This document shows positions 57,397 through 64,000 of a stretch of 64,000 bases of DNA, piece by piece. Position numbers and translations under genes: made by a program. How positions within the stretch are numbered: the stretch's first letter is position 1; every line of letters begins with the position of its first letter. The stretch is from Fimbriimonadales bacterium (GTDB taxonomy: Bacteria; Armatimonadota; Fimbriimonadia; Fimbriimonadales; ATM1), in the NCBI GenBank assembly GCA_051003155.1, contig JBPCLO010000011.1, forward strand, positions 1 through 64,000. Direction: 5' to 3'. Below the pieces are notes generated by a model. That model saw nothing but the letters and a program-made list of their open reading frames with translations. It had not been told where the DNA came from and searched no databases.

Positions 57397-57860
57397 GTGC
57401 TGTCGCGTAAAAGTCGTTCTATTTGTTCTACGGCCCGTCGAAGCTCCGCTTCCTGATCGTCGCCGGAGACGGTTAGCGTTGCGCGTCGAGTCAGGCGATA
57501 CTGGCGCACGACTTCGCCGGCAGATCTGGGCTTCGAATGGAAATACGGACTCGTAGGCTCGGAGAGCGGCAGCGTGGACTCGGCGCTCGGCGATTGGCGG
57601 ACTCGTACTTCGTCGAGGCGCATGCCTTGGTCCTGCATGCGCTTCGCATCGACGATCAGGCGTAGATGCTCGAACGTGTAGCGCGAGTACTTTGGCGGAC
57701 CCTCAGGCGGCGGAATGAGGCCTTCGGACACGTAGTACCGAAGCGTTCGCCGTGTGAAGACGGGCGTCCGATCTCGCTGGCCGAGAACCGTGTTCACTGC
57801 CTCGACGAGTTCGTCCGGCGAGAAGGGGCCGAGGTTCGCGTAATCCTCCAACTCGGGCAT
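57393..57860 (-). CDS. MerR-like HTH regulator
   Basis: RTLRYYVSEGLIPPP......RY...HL........QDQG..L.EV. Confidence 0.85.
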   Translation of the reverse strand: MPELEDYANLGPFSPDELVEAVNTVLGQRDRTPVFTRRTLRYYVSEGLIPPPEGPPKYSRYTFEHLRLIVDAKRMQDQGMRLDEVRVRQSPSAESTLPLSEPTSPYFHSKPRSAGEVVRQYRLTRRATLTVSGDDQEAELRRAVEQIERLLRDST

Positions 57861-58012
57861 AGAGCGCAGTTTACTCGACAGTTAGTGGACACTGGCCCAA
57901 TGACCGGGCGCGCGCGGATCGCCAGCGTTAACCGAAAACAGCGCCTTGGACACCGCAACTCCCGTTGAGCTTTTTGCCACAACCGACGGGATTCGAGCAC
58001 GGCTTCATAATC

Positions 58013-58657
58013 CTAATGCCTCTTATGGGGACGCATTGCTTGCAGATCCACCCGGGGCCGATCGGGAATCAACCGTGATTTCCGCGTTGCAACAACAAGA
58101 TGCTCTCGGAGAATTCTTCGCCTGCATTCTTTGGTGTCGAGATTCACATCGTAGAAGGCCGTATATCCATCGCCAGCGTCGGACCCATTGAACTTGATCA
58201 GCAACATTCTTTCCGGCGTTACGATTAGGTATACGCCCGGCGTCGCCGTGCTCTGACCCGGGTGATACTTCACCAAATGGGGGTCGTAGCAATCCGCCCA
58301 CATGTCACGTGGAAGAGTATAAGAGTCCCCGTTTATCTTAATAGTAAAGCTGGCCAGCTCCGTTGTGGCGAGGCCACCACCTTGCCCACCCCACGCGTAC
58401 TGGCCATCGATATAGGTTTTTTCACGCCGTGCGCTCGATGAAACTGTAATAGACTTGCCCGACCGGTTAAAAGGCGCCGTCTTTAGGACAGCTGCGTAAT
58501 CGCCAAGTTCCCAAACGAACAGCTCTCTCTGTTCGGTGCTTGCGCGACCGGTGTTACTGCTGCGCTTGGTTCCGTCAACGCCATTCTTCGTCGGCTCCAG
58601 GGTCGAACAACCAAAGCAAATGATCGCCGCGACTACCAGAATCATGAATTTAGCCAA
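58013..58657 (-). CDS. Hypothetical lipoprotein
   Basis: CFGC lipobox-like signal; AGGAG RBS. Confidence 0.65.
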   Translation of the reverse strand: MAKFMILVVAAIICFGCSTLEPTKNGVDGTKRSSNTGRASTEQRELFVWELGDYAAVLKTAPFNRSGKSITVSSSARREKTYIDGQYAWGGQGGGLATTELASFTIKINGDSYTLPRDMWADCYDPHLVKYHPGQSTATPGVYLIVTPERMLLIKFNGSDAGDGYTAFYDVNLDTKECRRRILREHLVVATRKSRLIPDRPRVDLQAMRPHKRH

Positions 58658-58762
58658 TTGCTGTCTCCTATGTATAGTTAACCGTTAGCGGTATCTTCTC
58701 ACAGTCATATTTTTTGCCCAGTACATGCAACTTCGAAAATTGCGTGAACGGCAGGAGCGGTT

Positions 58763-59140
58763 CTAACATTCCTCCGGGAGTCCCCGCTCTTGCCAGCCGC
58801 GCCAACCTTCGCACAGGCTGACGGCATCCGCGAATCCCATCTCCTTGAGCACCTTCGCGGCGAGGAGGCTGCGGATGCCGCCGCCGCAGTAGCAGATGAA
58901 CCTCTGGTTTCGGTCTTGGAGCCGCTGGTCTCGCTTGTGGTGATCGAGGTCGGCCCTCACCTCCAGGACGCCGCGCGGGATCAGCATCGCTCCCGGGATG
59001 TGGCCCTCGTCGTACTCGTCCTCTTCACGGACATCGAGGAGCACCCACCCGGTGTCCGCCATCGGGCCGGCCTCCTCGGGCAAGATCTCGCGCACGGTTT
59101 CTTTCGCTTCGTCTGCGTAATCGTTCAGGCTCTTTGGCAT
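58763..59140 (-). CDS. Rhodanese-like domain protein
   Basis: LLDVRE..EY..GHIPGA, YCGGGIRS. Confidence 0.92.
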   Translation of the reverse strand: MPKSLNDYADEAKETVREILPEEAGPMADTGWVLLDVREEDEYDEGHIPGAMLIPRGVLEVRADLDHHKRDQRLQDRNQRFICYCGGGIRSLLAAKVLKEMGFADAVSLCEGWRGWQERGLPEEC

Positions 59141-59173
59141 GCTGCCATTATGCCCGGGTGAATCGGACCTATT

Positions 59174-60808
59174 CTAGCCTCCCGGAAGGCACATGCAGGA
59201 CGAGGTGATCTCGATATCTGCGTCGGCCCACAGGGTGTCGAACTTCGCCTTGACACGACGGGCTTCTGCGGTCTTGCTGCGAGCTTCGAGAGTCTTGATA
59301 AGACCGTAGAGGGCCCAGCCGTCATTCGGCAACCGCCGCAAATCCTCGCGGTACACCTCTTCCGCTTCGTCATAGCGCATGGACTTGAGAAGCACGGCGC
59401 CCAGGGTGTGCCTCGTGGGCACGATCCAGTCGGGCGGCTCGGAGTAGCGAAGGTCGTCTTCGGCGGCGACGGCCAGCCGAAGCTCGGCGCACGCGTCGTC
59501 CCAACGGTCCTCAGCCATGAGTATCTCGCCGTTCATCAGGTGCGCGGCGACCTTCATGATCTTGTCGGCGCTGTTGTTTCCCACGAACCCTTGCGCCGGA
59601 ACCTTCTTGCGAGCGGCGTAGAAAAGGGACTGTTCGGCTCGCGCGCCCTTGGCGTCGCTTTTTGCAGCGAAAGCCACGGATCTCCCGGCTCGACGCATGG
59701 CGCGAGCGACGGGGAAGTAGTCCGGAAGCTCGGGCGTTGCCAAGACTTCGTCCCACTTGCCAAACCGCTTGCGCACCTCGATGGGCATCGCCATGAATCC
59801 GTCGATGAACGGGGCATTTTCGCGTGCCCAGTCTTCGGGGACGTTCGCGACGAGATCGTCGATGGCTCGGATCGCCTTCTCGCTCTGGCCCAGCATCATC
59901 GCCGCCAGCGAAAGCATATGATGGTTGTGCGCCATGTAGACGCGGTAGAGCCCTAACCGGGGCCGGATGGCCCGATACGCGTTGTCTGCTTCGATCGCGC
60001 GCTCGTTCGAGAGAATAGCCTTACCCCATTGCCCGGTTCGCACGTCGATGTGCGAGGGCATGTGGCTCATGTGCCCGGAGCTCGGCTGTAGCCGGCGGAG
60101 ATTGTCTGCAGCCGGCACCGCTCGATCCGGCGTCAGAGACGCCTCGACAGCATGAATATAGAAATGAACCGCACCAGGATGCTTCGGATCGAGCTTGAGA
60201 ACGGCTTCGAGGGTTCGAACGACTTCAGGCGTTCCGGGCTGCGGCGTTCCGTCCGGCTTCCAAAGGTCCCAGGGGCGCAGGTCCATCATGGATTCGGCGA
60301 AAATTGTTCCAACGTCTGTATCGCGCGGGTGTGATTTCCACACCGCCCGCATCGCGCCTGCAAATGCGCGGTCTAGAGGGCTGCGGTCATCGGGCTGAGG
60401 GTACACATAACGCTTGAGCGCCGCGTCGATTAGCGCGCGCTCAACGCGGCCGGCTCTTGCCGAGAGCGCCTTGGCCTTACGGATTGCCAAGGAAGCTGCT
60501 TTCGCGCCATCCGGCGGAAGAATCGGGTAGTTGATATGAGGGCCGTGAGCCATCGCCACGCCCCACCAGGCCATCGGCGACTTGGGGTCGAGCTGTGCGG
60601 CTTCGGTGAACGAGCGCAGCGCCTCGCCGTGGTTGAAACCATAGAGGAGCCTGAGGCCCTGATCGAAGTACTTCTGGGCTTCGGCCGAGGTTGTCGTGAT
60701 CTTGCGGCTGTGCCTGCCGAGGCCATCGAAAAGCCGTGGCTGATCCGACTGGATCGCGGGGACGCCAAGCTGAATCAAAACCGGTATCGCTAGGGCGATT
60801 GCCGTCAT
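59174..60808 (-). CDS. Secreted TPR-repeat protein
   Basis: AQKYFDQGL...YGFNH.EA, HPGA.H.YIH, HMPSHI, Y.EPPDW; GGAGG RBS. Confidence 0.8.
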   Translation of the reverse strand: MTAIALAIPVLIQLGVPAIQSDQPRLFDGLGRHSRKITTTSAEAQKYFDQGLRLLYGFNHGEALRSFTEAAQLDPKSPMAWWGVAMAHGPHINYPILPPDGAKAASLAIRKAKALSARAGRVERALIDAALKRYVYPQPDDRSPLDRAFAGAMRAVWKSHPRDTDVGTIFAESMMDLRPWDLWKPDGTPQPGTPEVVRTLEAVLKLDPKHPGAVHFYIHAVEASLTPDRAVPAADNLRRLQPSSGHMSHMPSHIDVRTGQWGKAILSNERAIEADNAYRAIRPRLGLYRVYMAHNHHMLSLAAMMLGQSEKAIRAIDDLVANVPEDWARENAPFIDGFMAMPIEVRKRFGKWDEVLATPELPDYFPVARAMRRAGRSVAFAAKSDAKGARAEQSLFYAARKKVPAQGFVGNNSADKIMKVAAHLMNGEILMAEDRWDDACAELRLAVAAEDDLRYSEPPDWIVPTRHTLGAVLLKSMRYDEAEEVYREDLRRLPNDGWALYGLIKTLEARSKTAEARRVKAKFDTLWADADIEITSSCMCLPGG

Positions 60809-60955
60809 CGTAATACCTCCCAGAGGCGGGAGCCTCTGCGCGAGTGCCCCCGCTCGCTATCTTTATTATACAACCCTATTAGAAGCGGTGCCACGTCGCC
60901 AGCTTCGATGTAACCGTTCTCACACACATTCGTCTGTCGCGTGGGAGGCACACTT

Positions 60956-62536
60956 ATGTTTGTTCATGCGCTCATTGCGGCCGCTATCGCTCAGTCGCCG
61001 ACATCACTCGAACCCAAAATCGTCTCGGCGATCGTTCTCAAGTCCGGCATCACGTTGCTTGTACGCGAGGCGCCGATTCCTCGGGGTAAAGGCGACTTCC
61101 GGGTCGAAGACATCCCTGCCGCATATGACGGCACATTCTGGTATGGGGCCGACAATGCACGGGTTCGCGACGTCACGACGACTTTGCGCTTCATCAAGAA
61201 GCACGTTACTCGCAAGGCCCAAAACTACAACGACCTGCTCATGGCGAACATCGGCAAGCCGGTGCGCCTGAAGATCCAGCGTGCAGCCGGTGAAGACGAA
61301 TGGGTCGACGGAATCATCGAGGACGCAGGATCGGCCATCGGCATTCGCAAGGGTGATTTGGTGCGTTTTATCCAGTTCCAGACTATTCTCGAACTGGATA
61401 CTTCGACCTTGCATAACAAGGAAATCTCGGCGGATGTCGATTGGCCAGTTCAAGACGTTCGCTTCACAGCGGACGCGAATAAAGCAACGAACATTCGGTT
61501 CATGTCGCTGGAAACGGGCGCGGTGTGGGCAGGGAGCTATTTGGTGGACATTGCCGGGGAGCGCGCCGAAGTGGACGGCAAAGCACAATTGGCTCTCGGC
61601 GGACTGCGGTTCGACAACGTGGCCGTCCAGCTTCTTGCCGGTGAGCCGAAAATGCAGGCTAGCTGGAAGTTTGACCTTGCTTCGGGCATCGGGTCGGTGC
61701 AAGGGTATGTGTCTGGACACCAGCCACGCCATGGCGAACTGCGCAAGGGCGAGCGTGATCCTTATGAGAGGCTCGACGAAGTGTTTCGGGCCGCGGCCAC
61801 CGCGCTTCAATCACGCAACTTCGGCTATGGCGGGGGTTTTGGCGGTGGCGGTTTCGGGGGCGGCGGAGATCCCGGTGTTCGCGAGATAGAACGGTTCACA
61901 CCCGACCGCTCAAACACACAAACACCCGCCGACCCTGCCGAAGACGTGTTCCTCTACGATCTGGGCAGGATCACCTTGCAGCCGGGGGACCGGCTGACGA
62001 GGCCGCTCGTGAACATGGCAATTCCATACGAACTGGTGCACACCTATGAACAGTCTAGCAATCCCAAGGGCGTTCAGAAATCGCTGCGCCTCCGCAACGA
62101 TTCGAATGTGCCTCTGACTCCTGGGACGTGTCTGGTCTTGAAGGACGGCAAGCTGTTAGCCAACACGACGATGCCGTTCGCCGCCAAATCGCAGAAGGCG
62201 AATATCGACCTCGGTGGTGTCCTCGACGTTAAGGTGTTCAGTACAGGTGGAACCGTAAAGCGCGAACAAGTCAAAGACACCAAACCGCCTCGATACCTAC
62301 TCACAGACCGCAAGACGTTCTTCGTTGAGAATCCGCGAGAAGAAGCTATAGATTTCGAGCTGACAACTGAGGTCGACGGCCGCGTCGTCGACGACGGTGG
62401 CGGCACGATCACGGACGCCAACCCCTACTTTGCGCGCAGCCCGGTCAGTCGATATCGCGTTCAATGGAGGTTCAAGGTTCCTCCGCGCTCACACAAGAAG
62501 GTCGAAGTGCTCTACACGTACACGACTTACAACTAA
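60956..62536 (+). CDS. Secreted DUF4139-like protein
   Basis: Signal peptide, W.GSY, Gly-rich linker, LRLRN.S..PLTPG. Confidence 0.65.
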   Translation: MFVHALIAAAIAQSPTSLEPKIVSAIVLKSGITLLVREAPIPRGKGDFRVEDIPAAYDGTFWYGADNARVRDVTTTLRFIKKHVTRKAQNYNDLLMANIGKPVRLKIQRAAGEDEWVDGIIEDAGSAIGIRKGDLVRFIQFQTILELDTSTLHNKEISADVDWPVQDVRFTADANKATNIRFMSLETGAVWAGSYLVDIAGERAEVDGKAQLALGGLRFDNVAVQLLAGEPKMQASWKFDLASGIGSVQGYVSGHQPRHGELRKGERDPYERLDEVFRAAATALQSRNFGYGGGFGGGGFGGGGDPGVREIERFTPDRSNTQTPADPAEDVFLYDLGRITLQPGDRLTRPLVNMAIPYELVHTYEQSSNPKGVQKSLRLRNDSNVPLTPGTCLVLKDGKLLANTTMPFAAKSQKANIDLGGVLDVKVFSTGGTVKREQVKDTKPPRYLLTDRKTFFVENPREEAIDFELTTEVDGRVVDDGGGTITDANPYFARSPVSRYRVQWRFKVPPRSHKKVEVLYTYTTYN

Positions 62537-62607
62537 GACTAGAGGAGTATTGGAGGGCGACGCTTTGGCGCTATGAATGTGCGTGATGCTACACGAAGGC
62601 TCGTCGC

Positions 62608-64000
62608 CTACTCCACCCGCGTATAGTTGACGAGCTCTCGGTCGATGCTCACCGTCCAGGGATATGAGAAAATCGGCCCGTCAGCCTTATATTCGACTTT
62701 AACTCTGATCTCGCGTTGCGGGCCCACGTGTTGAACCGGGTTTGGAACTGAGATCGTCGCATAACGGTCCGGTGATCCTCCAGTCGGCAAACCTGAAACG
62801 CTTTCGATAAGTGTCCAACTGGCTGTCGAGAAGTTGTATACCGAAACATTCTGTCGAATCGCGGCCGAGGTCGCCCGGGATTCGACCACGACGGACATAG
62901 ATGCAGGATTCTCTGCAGGCGCAAGGTGATTGAGCGTGAACGAAATAGGCGCTTGCTGATTAGAGAAGACGGCGCCCGGCCTTATCCTCCAGTATCCATC
63001 GGAGCTGTTGTGCAGAGCATAGTGGCTATGTTCCGTCGTAACTCCACGATTCAGCGTGGCGGCAGTGTGTTCGATGCCACCGTTATAAAACGCCACAGTG
63101 TAGCTTGAAAACTTCGTCACGTAGGCAATAGCCATATTGCCCGACCCGTCGATGTCGAATGCCGCATAATGGTCGCCCGGCCCTATCGTCTGGCTATACC
63201 AAGTGTTCCCGTTCTGAGCGCGATACTTGCCCATAACGACGTCGAAGTAACCGCCGCCGCCGATGACCCCGCCGAGTGTGTCGAATCGAGCGCCGAACGC
63301 TGGTCGATACAAGTCCCCCGGGCCGCTAGCCCCGAACTTATTCCATAGAACAGTGCCGTCTGCGGCGAGCTTCGCCATTCGGGTCACGCCCTGAGCGTAC
63401 ACAGCATATGATAGCAGGGCCTCGCCCTTGAACACCGAAACATACACGATTTTATTGCCCAACGCACCCGTGAAAATGGTTTGACCGCTCGGGTCGAGTT
63501 TGGCGTACTGGCCGGAGTTGTTGCCGATAAACAGATTGTCTGCCTCGTCTATCGCTACCCCTACCCCGCCATTGTATGTTGGACCGGCAATCGGTATCTG
63601 GGTGTGTTGCAATTCCGTGCCGTCGGGCGCGAACACGTATCGGTTGGTTCCAACCACCAACACGCACCGATTGGCGCTGTCTACGACCGGATGCGCTACC
63701 TGGTTGTTTGTGAATGTCTTTTGCCAGACCACGTCGCCGGTGATTCCACTTACCTTGGCAAGCCGGTTTTTGTAGCCGAAGTACACGTCGCCAACCCGGT
63801 CCTCAGCATAAACAAGTTCGAAGTTGTCAGTAAAACCCCACCGCCATTCGGGCGCTCCCGATGGTGAGACTTTCCATACGATAACCTCGCCTCCGCCCCC
63901 TTTTTGGGAATAATTGCTTTGGGCAAGCACACCTCCCTCGCGTGTTGCTTTGAGCCCTACCGGATAGCCGTTCCCGACAGAGCGGCTCCAGGCTAAGGCA
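62608..64000 (-). CDS. Beta-propeller-like protein with shared C-terminal domain (5' end outside the window)
   Basis: Frame stays open to the window edge; K...G..(V/L)W repeats; C-terminal RPGAVFSN and FSYPW. Confidence 0.8.
   Translation of the reverse strand, partial: ALAWSRSVGNGYPVGLKATREGGVLAQSNYSQKGGGGEVIVWKVSPSGAPEWRWGFTDNFELVYAEDRVGDVYFGYKNRLAKVSGITGDVVWQKTFTNNQVAHPVVDSANRCVLVVGTNRYVFAPDGTELQHTQIPIAGPTYNGGVGVAIDEADNLFIGNNSGQYAKLDPSGQTIFTGALGNKIVYVSVFKGEALLSYAVYAQGVTRMAKLAADGTVLWNKFGASGPGDLYRPAFGARFDTLGGVIGGGGYFDVVMGKYRAQNGNTWYSQTIGPGDHYAAFDIDGSGNMAIAYVTKFSSYTVAFYNGGIEHTAATLNRGVTTEHSHYALHNSSDGYWRIRPGAVFSNQQAPISFTLNHLAPAENPASMSVVVESRATSAAIRQNVSVYNFSTASWTLIESVSGLPTGGSPDRYATISVPNPVQHVGPQREIRVKVEYKADGPIFSYPWTVSIDRELVNYTRVE

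Noticed and set aside
58763..59140. Second rhodanese as another selenoprotein
   Set aside because: Ordinary Cys codon and no in-frame UGA
60821..60857. Two small hairpins upstream of the TPR gene
   Set aside because: No riboswitch consensus recognised; insufficient support

Overview
GC-rich (~60% by eye) bacterial chromosomal segment. The gene repertoire (H-X9-DG prepilin-like protein, SigH-like sigma factor, DUF1844, secreted repeat proteins) suggests Armatimonadota/Fimbriimonadaceae, but this is inference. It is mostly core genes (leuS, valS, ruvAB, rpsR, rpmB, rpsU, ribBA/ribH, ybeY, deoB, nfo, udg, manB, cdsA) with a perfect parS palindrome at 48674, plus small accessory patches. No rRNA, tRNA or CRISPR array was recognised. 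Main leads: (1) a cation:proton antiporter fused to a rhodanese domain that continues past an in-frame UGA at a C-T-U position, followed by a SECIS-like hairpin (probable selenoprotein, but the gene has a 5' frameshift); (2) a ~150-aa C-terminal domain on three otherwise unrelated, probably secreted proteins (candidate sorting or anchoring module); (3) an RtcA-like protein lacking the adenylated His, at the end of the rpsU-ybeY gene run; (4) a MerR-like regulator plus a vWA/T2SSE_N fusion with paired operator-like boxes; (5) three ankyrin paralogs interrupted by a truncated RAYT transposase, with REP-like elements elsewhere; (6) a structured RNA candidate upstream of nfo; (7) a recurrent leaderless (-10)-N6/7-start layout.
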